Shown here: positions 37,466-47,900 of the stretch, one piece after another | Position numbering within the stretch: position 1 is the first letter of the stretch | Layout of the letters: each line of letters opens with the position of its first letter | Virus record (IMG/VR): IMGVR_UViG_3300037067_026422 | DNA: 64,000 nt | From: a virus | Lineage: Duplodnaviria; Caudoviricetes | Direction: 5' to 3' (one strand) | Translations under genes and position numbers: made by a program | The notes under the pieces: generated by a model | The model's input: the letters and a program-made list of their open reading frames with translations, nothing else | Database searches by the model: none | Told to the model about the DNA's origin: nothing

Positions 37466-40400
37466 TCACATTCCTCGTTTGTTTACTTTTTCATCAATTA
37501 TCTCTATATCCCTCAAACTGATGCTATCTATCTCAAGATACTCTATATCCGAAGTATATATATCATCTACCGGATTCTCATCCGCCGCATAATACGAAAA
37601 ATAAGATACCTTATAATACTTGGTCTGAGGAGGAGCCCCATCAGTAGTGCTCACTATAATTTTACCATCAGCCTGGATATAAGCATTTCCTGCAACTTTT
37701 GAAACATCCCCAGGAGAGTTCACCTGAGTCAATATCCTGTTGTCCTCATAAACTCCTCTAAAGTAACTTGAATCCCCACCATTATCCGTAGTCTTATAAG
37801 TGAGTACACTTTCAATACTCCTGTAGGAAGTTATCCCCGAAGCACTCGATTTATTATATACCTCAAAATTAACATATCCAACAGGATCCAAAGGTATGAA
37901 AGATCCATTCCTTTTCATCATCCGGGTAAAAGGTATCTTCACATCCTTAACACCCTCTACTCCCCTTACTTCACTTGCTATAGCACTTTGAGTAAGCGTC
38001 TCTCCCATTTTAAGTCTGGAAACATAGTTGGAGATAGCCGTAATAATCCTGGATTTCAATAAGCTTACATCGGTACCTACTTTTCTAACTACTCTAAAAC
38101 TCATATCTGCAAAATTATACACAGCTTGTTTTGTAATAGCGTCTCCACAAGCATGTTTCATTTTATCAACTTTTTCCTGAACCTGTCTTATAAGGTCATT
38201 AGTAATAAAGGTCACATTGAAGTTTTCACTTGCCCTATAAGATACTGAGACTCTATCCCCATGCCTTATCTTACTATGATATAACAGCTCAAGATATGTA
38301 TAAGCTACGTCACTCCCAACTTGTATAGCATAATCAACATCTCTTAAAAAAGCTGTACCACCCCCTACAGGAGTAACCACTATAGAGGTATTATCCACAC
38401 CCTTAAGTATAAGTCTTGCAGGGGTGTCATAAAGCATATCATGCTCTTCATCTGTGACTGTCAAAAATTCCTGTACATTATCATCTTCACTGAAGAAAAA
38501 TTTTACAGCATCTTTAGCTATACTGGAGCTACCATTAATCAGGGGATCCTCATATTTTACCAATCGATACTTGGAGGTATCTATAACATCACCCCCTGAT
38601 GTTGTAACTGAAACAATAGACTCTACGGGCTGTTGAGACAGTACCAGCATATTTGAACTTCTGTATAGATATCCAACTTCTATAACATCAAAAGTTGCCA
38701 TGCCTACAGCTATATTCTGCTGATTATCCTCCAACAAAATAGTATCACCCTCCCCAATTATCTGGAGGTTACTAATAGAATAATCCTTACCACGAGTAAC
38801 ATTGCGGACCCTGCTCACAGAAACTATTGGGCTATCCACAGAAACACTGGGGTTTTTGCTTCGTAATCTGAAATTAGCAGCATCAGATACATAAAAAACT
38901 TCACCAACTTTATTTCCAAAAGTATCAGTAGGATATTCATAGCTAAAGGCTACTTGATCTACCAACTGCATAAGCCTATTTCCTCTGATATATATATCTA
39001 CTTTACCCCCATAATGCTTTTTGTCCGCAGCATGATAATCGCGCATCATTAGTGGGTCCCCAGCTCGCTCTACTCGTGCTTGAATAACTCCTGGGGTATC
39101 CATGGCTGTAGACCCATATCCACCCTCAGTACCTGAGTCATATTCAAATTTAGCAAGCTTTATTCTATCAGCAAGCTGCTGGTTAGTCTCTCTGTCATAC
39201 CCATATTTGGTTGGGACATCATTTATTACCCTTAATCCCGGAGTAACATTCAAAGCCACAGTAATTGATCCAGCAGGGACATTACCCTTACTCCCCACTG
39301 TCTGGGCTTCTATAACAGACTGAATCTCATATCTTTTTGTCGATGGGTTATAATAAATATCCGTATTGGTGGCACTTAATATCTTGGTACCCTTAACTAT
39401 AAAATTTACAGAACCTATACCAAGATCAATATCTGAAGCCGTGGATATAACCGTATTATCCAAAATAAGAATATCTCTTGTAGGAAGTATATCAGTATAA
39501 AATGTCACGGTACCCGTGGATTTTACAGCTCCCTTACGTGTCAAATCCGAATTAGAAGCATACTTATCAAATTGTTCATCTATTAAAAGCTGAACATTAA
39601 CAGGATCCTTGAGCCCCAGAGCACCAGCTAATGCCCTTTTTCTGGTATTAGTAGTAATGGGATCACTTATACCGTCTCGATCTGCATCATCAAAAATCAA
39701 AAGGGTATCCAAGGACAGGCATGAAAAAATAAAATCCTGGATAACGTACATTTTTTCAAATTCAAGAGCTATCGGATCTGAAATATCTCTGATCACCGAT
39801 CCTGGGACTACATTAATCAGGGTATTATTGAGCATCATCTCCCGAGATAAAGCAAATAAGATGTCACTTCTCGATCTCTTGGGCATATTCTGATAATCTG
39901 TAGAATAAACCAAAAACTGAGATTCCATCTCTTGAGAATACGGACTCTCTACCAGCTGATTCAGAGATTTATCAAAAGTCCTGACTGTAGCTATGATATA
40001 ATAAATAATATCTGAACTTAACGTCTCACCATCTGCAAGAAAAATGTTAGGTATCTTGTTCTGCTGAACAAGTTTGGCTATGGCAGTCTTATCCAAAGTA
40101 CAGGAATAATACTCAACAGTAGCCTGTCTTGTCTTAGTAGATGTCACAGTTAAATCTGCTGCAGTATCCTGATATGAAGACTCCGTAAGCACAACATCTT
40201 CAGATTCTGTTTCATCTACATCTATTACAGGGACATCATTGATAAGTTCATAATCTACACCAGGAGTAAGACTCATGTAGAAATTGCAACCTGAAAAATC
40301 ATTATTGGCATTGACCAAGATTCCAGATGCCGGTACCATTATTTTTACACGATTATTATATCTTCGGATTTTCATGCCTGTTATAGGCTCAGCAGAAGCC

Positions 40401-40825
40401 GTGATATCATTTTCATTAATGATATGAGCTATTATTGGGGAGTATACACTCTCATCAAGCACCTCTCCCATATGAAGTACCTGGTTGCTGACCTTATATA
40501 CTTTAAATTCTATTGTAAGAATATCATAAGGGAATAGCTCAAAAATACCCTCAGAGTAAAAAGACCATGGAATAGAGGTGGCAAGAGAAATGGTGGAACC
40601 CACTGTGATATTGTCTGAAGATTCAACGGATAATATCCCGGGAACCCCATTCCGATCAATTTTATATCGATACTTAACGATGATAATAGTTTCCCGCTCT
40701 ATTTCACTGGATGCTATAGGCACATATCCGGAAATAGCCTGAATAAGATCACTGGAATAATATGTCTGATCCCCTGTGGCAGACCAGTTCGTCTTAGGAT
40801 ATAAGATTACAGGTGCTGGTATCAT
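37466..40825 (-). CDS. Baseplate J-like wedge protein (gp6/gp47 family) with extensions
   Basis: PGSVIRD, LTRKGA...G.VTF, GSKGNVPAGSI, GYDRETNQQLADRI, GKVDIYI, L.MGETL..S.I..EV..VEGV. Confidence 0.88.
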   Translation of the reverse strand: MIPAPVILYPKTNWSATGDQTYYSSDLIQAISGYVPIASSEIERETIIIVKYRYKIDRNGVPGILSVESSDNITVGSTISLATSIPWSFYSEGIFELFPYDILTIEFKVYKVSNQVLHMGEVLDESVYSPIIAHIINENDITASAEPITGMKIRRYNNRVKIMVPASGILVNANNDFSGCNFYMSLTPGVDYELINDVPVIDVDETESEDVVLTESSYQDTAADLTVTSTKTRQATVEYYSCTLDKTAIAKLVQQNKIPNIFLADGETLSSDIIYYIIATVRTFDKSLNQLVESPYSQEMESQFLVYSTDYQNMPKRSRSDILFALSREMMLNNTLINVVPGSVIRDISDPIALEFEKMYVIQDFIFSCLSLDTLLIFDDADRDGISDPITTNTRKRALAGALGLKDPVNVQLLIDEQFDKYASNSDLTRKGAVKSTGTVTFYTDILPTRDILILDNTVISTASDIDLGIGSVNFIVKGTKILSATNTDIYYNPSTKRYEIQSVIEAQTVGSKGNVPAGSITVALNVTPGLRVINDVPTKYGYDRETNQQLADRIKLAKFEYDSGTEGGYGSTAMDTPGVIQARVERAGDPLMMRDYHAADKKHYGGKVDIYIRGNRLMQLVDQVAFSYEYPTDTFGNKVGEVFYVSDAANFRLRSKNPSVSVDSPIVSVSRVRNVTRGKDYSISNLQIIGEGDTILLEDNQQNIAVGMATFDVIEVGYLYRSSNMLVLSQQPVESIVSVTTSGGDVIDTSKYRLVKYEDPLINGSSSIAKDAVKFFFSEDDNVQEFLTVTDEEHDMLYDTPARLILKGVDNTSIVVTPVGGGTAFLRDVDYAIQVGSDVAYTYLELLYHSKIRHGDRVSVSYRASENFNVTFITNDLIRQVQEKVDKMKHACGDAITKQAVYNFADMSFRVVRKVGTDVSLLKSRIITAISNYVSRLKMGETLTQSAIASEVRGVEGVKDVKIPFTRMMKRNGSFIPLDPVGYVNFEVYNKSSASGITSYRSIESVLTYKTTDNGGDSSYFRGVYEDNRILTQVNSPGDVSKVAGNAYIQADGKIIVSTTDGAPPQTKYYKVSYFSYYAADENPVDDIYTSDIEYLEIDSISLRDIEIIDEKVNKRGM

Positions 40826-41568
40826 GTTGTAGCCAATCTCTGTCGAGTATCGTTTAATGCCAAATACTGAGAGTACTCTATGGGAGTATTACTCTGAGAA
40901 GTAAAATGGACCGTCACCAATATCATGGAGGGGTCTTCAGTCTCTTCTATTTCAATTTTCAGGAGTTTTCCGAAAAGCTCACTCGGATCAAATTTTCTTC
41001 CTGAAGCCATCATTTGTTTTTGTATCGTTCTTAATTTCTCGATCGCAGAACTTATCTGCTCTCTAATCCTTGTGTACAACAAATCCCTATCAAAAATCTT
41101 TGTACCTATAAGTGTATGAAGATCCGTACCATACCACGAATGAAAGTTGTTAGAGGATAACTTGGTAACGATTATCTTCTCAACTTGTTGTAACAAAAGA
41201 ATCTCTTTGGATATTACTTCGATATCTCCATTCCCATTAATGACCATATCATCAACAGTTTTTACGTTAAGACATTTTGGACAGGTATCCGCAATACTGA
41301 CATAATTAACTTCTATAATAGGATCAAAGTGCTTTATCTTATTTAGAAATTCTATATAGCTAACAATAACAAAGCTTAAAGTTTGTCTTGTACTTTTAAT
41401 GCTATAATCAGTTACTGGTCTTATGCCCCCATTCAAGCGAACTTGTAAAGAAGCAGCAGAAGCTAAAGGATATGGTAAGTAGACCGTTTTTCTGTCCACC
41501 TCCAATTGTACCCTTTGCCACAAAATCTTATGGTCACAATAGTTCTGCAGTCTAATATCATATGACAT
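40822..41568 (-). CDS. gp25-like baseplate wedge protein with Zn-ribbon-like N-terminus
   Basis: YCDH...CPKC, then L.QQVEKIIVT...N.FH.WYGTDL..LIG (gp25/GPW signature); ATGA overlap with the J-like gene. Confidence 0.8.
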   Translation of the reverse strand: MSYDIRLQNYCDHKILWQRVQLEVDRKTVYLPYPLASAASLQVRLNGGIRPVTDYSIKSTRQTLSFVIVSYIEFLNKIKHFDPIIEVNYVSIADTCPKCLNVKTVDDMVINGNGDIEVISKEILLLQQVEKIIVTKLSSNNFHSWYGTDLHTLIGTKIFDRDLLYTRIREQISSAIEKLRTIQKQMMASGRKFDPSELFGKLLKIEIEETEDPSMILVTVHFTSQSNTPIEYSQYLALNDTRQRLATT

Positions 41569-41600
41569 ATTAATTAGTCAAAAATAATAGGAGATTATTA

Positions 41601-43034
41601 TTAGTGGGACATGATATCACGGTTGATTCGGGTCTCAAATTCGAGTATGTCAGAGGAAGTATCTTTCTTACTTTTTCCAGTTTTTTCGTCAAAAGCCTCT
41701 TTTTTAATAAAAACTTTATTACCACTTGAATCTATAGTCTCCACCTCATCACAGAAAGGAATATTACCCCCATACTTCTGTCGAACACGCTCCCTAAGAT
41801 GCTCTTCAAGATTGGTATTTCTATCTTCAGAGGATTTAACCGGGAATCCAAAGGTCAGAGCTATTTTCCGTAAGATATTTCTCTGGGCTTTTATAAATTT
41901 TTCATCAAGATTTTCTATACCCCCCTGTACCCGGCTTTTTATATCCTTAATTTTTCTATTTACACCTTCTCCAACGGTATAATTACCACTCTTCACCGTG
42001 TCGAGCGTAGTTTGCTCGACTTTTTTAGCAGCTGCGAAAGAATTAGAGATTTCTATGGTAGATGTAACCAAACCCTCTACCATAGAGTTTCCTATCCCTT
42101 TTACCCCTCGGATAGCATCCAGAGTCTTAATATTATTTGAAATGAGCTTATCAAGGTCATTAGACAAAACTTCAAGTTTGGTCATAATGTCCTTCTTCAT
42201 ACTTATAGCATCAACATACTGTACTGGAAGACTATCCTTCTGTTCAGAGTCAAAATAAATGGATATATCTTTAAATACAGTAACATATACTCCGTTCTCA
42301 ATTTGATCAAAAGCTGTGGTAGTATAACTCTCCTGAAGCATATCTCCAGTAATTTTAATAGTCTTTTTTAATGTGCTATAGTTCGAACTGTACTTATTAA
42401 GGTTATTTGTTTTAAAACGCATATAAGACTCTGCGGTCATTACATCCGGAAGAGAACTAAATAAATATTTGAAATTCAACAAGCTTATGTATAAATATTT
42501 TATTTTATCTAAATTAGACACCGTCTGATCATAATCCTTTTGATTCTCTTTTATCTTACTCTGATACTCCTCAGAAGCTTTTTTGACACCCTCAAGAGTA
42601 CCCTCAAGTTGCGCCCTATGAAGTCTCATCTTATATAATTGGTCAGTATACTCCTCAATCTCCCCCTGAAATGTAACATACTTATCCTGTAAAAGATTCA
42701 TAGTCTTAAGAAATGTATCATTAGGGATATTCGGAAGCATAGCCTGTTCTATGGGTATGGATTCCATAGACTGTTCCGGAGCCGTATCCGGTACTGCCGG
42801 GTCTGCGGTAACAGAAGCAACTATTGGATAATTAGGGTCGATATTATTCACCCGTAAAAAATTAAGAAAATCTTCTCTGACCACCATGATATCCCTAGTG
42901 ATTTCCTCTATTTTACGCTTAAGGTGCCTTTCCCTGTAATCCAATACTTCTTTATGGTCCGTGGCAATAGCCATCAATTCCTGTATGTCAGCTACACTAT
43001 TAGATCGTACAAACGTATCTTTCCTGCGTCTCAT
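41601..43034 (-). CDS. Hypothetical coiled-coil protein
   Basis: 477-aa ORF with heptad-rich segments. Confidence 0.75.
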   Translation of the reverse strand: MRRRKDTFVRSNSVADIQELMAIATDHKEVLDYRERHLKRKIEEITRDIMVVREDFLNFLRVNNIDPNYPIVASVTADPAVPDTAPEQSMESIPIEQAMLPNIPNDTFLKTMNLLQDKYVTFQGEIEEYTDQLYKMRLHRAQLEGTLEGVKKASEEYQSKIKENQKDYDQTVSNLDKIKYLYISLLNFKYLFSSLPDVMTAESYMRFKTNNLNKYSSNYSTLKKTIKITGDMLQESYTTTAFDQIENGVYVTVFKDISIYFDSEQKDSLPVQYVDAISMKKDIMTKLEVLSNDLDKLISNNIKTLDAIRGVKGIGNSMVEGLVTSTIEISNSFAAAKKVEQTTLDTVKSGNYTVGEGVNRKIKDIKSRVQGGIENLDEKFIKAQRNILRKIALTFGFPVKSSEDRNTNLEEHLRERVRQKYGGNIPFCDEVETIDSSGNKVFIKKEAFDEKTGKSKKDTSSDILEFETRINRDIMSH

Positions 43035-43037
43035 AGA

Positions 43038-44762
43038 TTACCCCAATCCAAGCATCTTAATAAATGTGGATATTGCTTTTTCAGTCTGTTTCAGTCTCTT
43101 CTTAAGAGACTCGGTCTGGTTGTCCGGAGCTATCTCTCTCAATCTATCCGGGTCAGATAAATCGGGGATACCATATAAAAGTATTACCCCCAGCATTATG
43201 CCTTTTTCATTGTATGCCGCAATAGAGGTATTCTTTTCAGTCTTTACAGAATTTTTTAAGAAATCCTCAATAGACTTTTTATCACTGGGAGTATCTTTCT
43301 TAGACTCTCCAGAATAGCATGCTTTGTTGAATCTATCTACGAATCCCCTCATACCCCCCTTCTCCAAAGGTAAATCCAAAACCATGAATGTACCCTTCAT
43401 AGTATATGCGGTTAGTCGTGCCATAAGATTCTTCAATTTTTCTAATACCTCTAACAAGTCCTCAATTCTCTCCCCATAAAATTTCAAGTAGTCATTAATG
43501 GCATCACTACCCGTATTCACCAAACCTATAAGCTTTTCTGATAAAGTGTCTATATTGTCATACATAGAATCTATTTGATTTCCTAGCATTCTCCTGATAG
43601 TAACAGATTGCCAATCCCCCTCGAAATCAAACGGGGACAAGAGATCCCCATTAATTGATAGATTCATATACTTCTTCAACTCTGAAACAGGAATGCATTC
43701 CTTAGGTACCCTCGCAGGCACAGTACCTGTAGCTATTGGGCTATTTATAGACATTAAATAAGGATGCTCTTTAAGATAATCATCCCCGAAGACAGAGTAT
43801 ATCTTATAAAAAGCTATCGTCTCGGGTTCCACATCAAAATCGATATAGCTATAGGTGGCTCTACCAAAGATATACTTAATTTTTACTATGGGGTCACTGT
43901 TTGAAAAAATATTGACATCTATATCAATATTATCCTGGGTCACTCTAACTGGGATACTCTTGCTGTTATTTGTCCGCTTATAAACAAAAAACTCACCTAT
44001 AGGCGAAATAGGAGCCTCCCAGGATAACTTTACCCCTAACGTCTTCTTGCCACTCTTATTATAAAAACCGGGTGTAGCAATGAGTTTTTTAGCGGGTGAG
44101 GGATAGGGTATTTTAAATCCGAAAAGTTCCCCGAGTTTTTTAAAGTTATCAAGTAGATTTTTTAAATAATAGGGATCATTTACCCCCCCAAGCATAGCAA
44201 TAATCACCCCCCCTACTTTATCCGGGGTATCAAATTTAGGAGCATCCGAATCCATGCTATTTAAACAGGTAGTATTTACTCTTTGTATAAACTCCTGATA
44301 TCCCCCAAATACTGGTGCAGTATAATTTGGAAACTTTTTATCAAAATTAGGAACTATAAGACTCATATAAATTCCTGATGAGGTCAACGAGTCTACAAAT
44401 TCCTTGAGCTCTCTAGCTAATTGTTTTATGGCAAACTTTAAAAATCCGGACACTGAAATAACATTCCCACTCAACATCCTTATTACTTTGAGAAGTTGCG
44501 TTATTTGAGAGGATATTCGATCGACTTCCTTAAAAAACTTCTCTGCACCTTTGACTGTAGTATCAATACCGTCCAATGACAAGGATATAGTCCAATTATA
44601 CCAGCTATCCCCATTATTCTCTTTTATTATCGGAGGTACTGCAGCAATAAGTGTCGTTGGCTTTAGCTTATATTCTTCAGCAGTAATATTTACTACATCA
44701 AGCTCACCCAGCTTTGGCTTTACAAACTCCGGAGCTATATCATACTTAATTCTTACCGGCAT
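43038..44762 (-). CDS. Hypothetical baseplate-region protein (helical ends, central FN3-like domain)
   Basis: VKLSWEAP...FFVYKR...YSYIDFDV...FYKIYSV FN3-like core flanked by two similar helical segments (GGYQEF/GGMRGF). Confidence 0.7.
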   Translation of the reverse strand: MPVRIKYDIAPEFVKPKLGELDVVNITAEEYKLKPTTLIAAVPPIIKENNGDSWYNWTISLSLDGIDTTVKGAEKFFKEVDRISSQITQLLKVIRMLSGNVISVSGFLKFAIKQLARELKEFVDSLTSSGIYMSLIVPNFDKKFPNYTAPVFGGYQEFIQRVNTTCLNSMDSDAPKFDTPDKVGGVIIAMLGGVNDPYYLKNLLDNFKKLGELFGFKIPYPSPAKKLIATPGFYNKSGKKTLGVKLSWEAPISPIGEFFVYKRTNNSKSIPVRVTQDNIDIDVNIFSNSDPIVKIKYIFGRATYSYIDFDVEPETIAFYKIYSVFGDDYLKEHPYLMSINSPIATGTVPARVPKECIPVSELKKYMNLSINGDLLSPFDFEGDWQSVTIRRMLGNQIDSMYDNIDTLSEKLIGLVNTGSDAINDYLKFYGERIEDLLEVLEKLKNLMARLTAYTMKGTFMVLDLPLEKGGMRGFVDRFNKACYSGESKKDTPSDKKSIEDFLKNSVKTEKNTSIAAYNEKGIMLGVILLYGIPDLSDPDRLREIAPDNQTESLKKRLKQTEKAISTFIKMLGLG

Positions 44763-44952
44763 TTTTTAGTTCCTTTTCGACGAACTCAGTAAGTTGATGT
44801 ATAACCGGTTCAAAGATACGTGTTATACCAATAGATTCAGTCGCCTCAACTATCCTCCAACAAGGTTTCGCTATATCATCTGACCCAGAGTGCTCATGTC
44901 GAAGTCCCCGTTTTGAATAGCTTTCTTTATCATGTTCACTTTCTGATCGCAT
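44746..44952 (-). CDS. Possible small protein filling the gap (start uncertain)
   Basis: The open frame covers the 108-bp gap and ends in an amphipathic helix, but it overlaps the upstream gene by 82 nt. Confidence 0.3.
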   Translation of the reverse strand: MRSESEHDKESYSKRGLRHEHSGSDDIAKPCWRIVEATESIGITRIFEPVIHQLTEFVEKELKNAGKN

Positions 44953-47900
44953 CCAAACTCCTTATGAAACTTCATATATAACCAAAGGTATTCATTTGCT
45001 GGGAGAGCTTCATTAACCATTGAATTCTTAACCTGATTATATCTCCCTGTTCTCAAATACCCTAAAAAATTGCTTAGGTCAATAGCGCAGGGGTTGTTCT
45101 CATTAAAATTCTCAGGAGTATAATAGTCATACTTTAGGTTACCCTGCTCGTCTCTCCAAGGCATCCCAAGTCTCTCCTTTAGGTAATTATACTGTGCATG
45201 AAGATTATAATCCGATATTTGAATAAATCTTATATCCCCCAAAATCCCAAAATAAACATGCGCAGGTATATTATCAGGGTATAAGATGGAGGTTTGCATA
45301 CCCGGACTACCCATAATTACTGAATCAATCGTCATAGGATACACACCACAACTCACAAAACCATCTATATAACTTCCTTTAATACCATTCACCATAGACT
45401 TAATATTCTTATCCAGGGGTATCGGTGCCGAATAAATCTTATTAGTATTAAGCGTAATAGTGGTATCATTTATACTAAGCATACCCCCGGAGGTCATATT
45501 CAAAGCTCGAAAAGCCGTTATGTCATTTAGTCTTGCCGATAGATACGTCCCACCAGAATTAATGGAACTATTTGTATCCAATAACCGAGTAGACTCATAG
45601 CTCTTATATGGGTCGGATAAAGCAGCAGCTTTAAAAAGCCCATTAAATATACTGTCAGTGTAGGGTCTTATAGATGACATAAAATTTGATAAATTGCCTA
45701 TGTTAACAGACGTAACGTCATATCCTGTCAAGGCATACGAATTTACATAAGTAAGCTGACATCTTAAAATGAGCTTGTCACGAGTCCTGGGTATCTGGAA
45801 TGTTGCTTTATTAATTACATAATTTGTAGCCCCTACTACAGCCCTCAGTTTTAATTTAAAAGCAGGTACCTTTACTAACCCAACCCTTATGGATAATATG
45901 GTATCCGAAGAAGTCAAACTACTTGGAACAAAGGTAGGTGCCAGAGATGCACTTGCAATACTGTAAAAGGCGGGCACTGCAGTAGCTTCTATGACTGAAT
46001 CCAAAATCTCTGGATACAATGAGCTATTTACACTTGCTTCCAGACCACTTAATGTAGAATTAGCGGGTTCATTAAAGAAAAATACTCTTTCAAAAGTATA
46101 ATCATATCTCCAATCACAAGATACATCTATTGTATTGGAATTATCATTTACTGTGATATTTGAGTCTGTAAAAACATAACCATCTCCTGGACTAACTGTC
46201 ATGACCTGATCATCCTTCAATTTTATATCATTAAGGACTGAAGTTGGTACACTTGCAAAATAATTAGGAAGATAGTTATATTCAAAATACCCGGGGCTAT
46301 TCTTATCCCCTCTTGTGAATTTAAGATCAGCATAAAACCATTTATTTACAAGGGCATTGCTGTTTATTCTATTTATCAAATCAATCAACTGCTCTCTATC
46401 CGGAGCAAGGCTATGGCCTGACCCGGATAGAGGGATTCCATAACCTAATGCCTTATTAGGTTGACCAAGATCCCCTGCCGGACTGTAATCCAAAGAGAGA
46501 CTCTTAAAGTAAATCCAGTTGTCCCTTATCTCATATTGGGCACCACTATCCCAACTGTATATATCAAATGCAAGTATATCCCTTTTAAAACCCTGAGGAT
46601 TAGCAGTCAATGTATCCATATAAGCTCTTGCCGGATTTGTTGCAATAAACTTATAACTCGTACCCTGACTATATTTCTTTTGAGACATTTTCATAGTATA
46701 CTTAAATTTACCCTCAAACTCCTTCTTAGAAATCTCCCACCCTACAAGTATATTATCCTTGTACAATACTACCCCACTATTGCTCTGGACCCTGAAAGAC
46801 TTTATAATTGGAGTGTAGGCAGCATCCAGTTCATAACTTTTATACAAACCTTGTATATTTGTGTCACCAATCAATTTTGCTAAAAAGAACGATCGAGTAC
46901 CATTAGAGTCATATACCCCAGAATCATTAAATTTCGCCAGAGTGATAGCCTCAATCAAAGCATTTATGGTATTATACTTTCTGAGATTCAATCTTAATTC
47001 ACTCTCATCAGTACCACTTCTTCTTATCAATACCAGTTCTTTTAAAACTGCAACAGAGGGTCTATCTTCAACTACTTTTATCTGATTATACTGATCCTCA
47101 GTCAATACCTTTCCCTGGTCAATCAGTTCTATGATATCCTGTGGTGCCATATAACTCTTATAATCACCAGAATCATAATCTGAAAAAGTAGCTACCCAGG
47201 ATTCCCCATCTATACAGCTTATCTCTATTACAGGCTCATTCTCCAAAACTTCCCAGGAACCCGATACAGGGATACCCTCAATAGCTGATTTACTGGGGTT
47301 TCCATTAGCAGTGTACATAGGGAATGAAAACACTGCATTTTCCACATTAGCTACCGCCCGGTTACTATTTTCCAAACCCGTAATAGCTTCCAGGTAGGTA
47401 TCCACATACACTGTAGTCTCCCAATCATAACCCACAGGCAAAAGGACATCCTTCACCACCACAAATGATGTCAGTAAAGACCCATTAGGCTTTGGCTCAT
47501 AAACTGATTTTAAGGAAAAGATATACTCACCTTTATACCTTGTCAAAGATATCTCAGAGCACAGTTCAGAAATAGTCTTATAGGACCCATCAGTTTTGGT
47601 AAAGCTAAAAGAAAAGGTATCAGCTACAGTCGTACTCTTTACAACCTGACTTCCATCTGCTATCAACTCATAAAACAGAATATCAAGCTTCATACTATTA
47701 ACAGAATCTTTGTAAACTTTATAATAAAACTGATTCACACTTTTGGAAATAGAACTATAAAGGGAATTAGTAGTCGCATACAAAGTAGCTTGATAGTTAA
47801 CAGAATCAACATATCCAGAAGTTACAATAAGAGTGTCACAAGATAATGAGCTTCTTCCTGAATATGCAGAGCAATTAAATTTACCATCATAAGAAATCTC

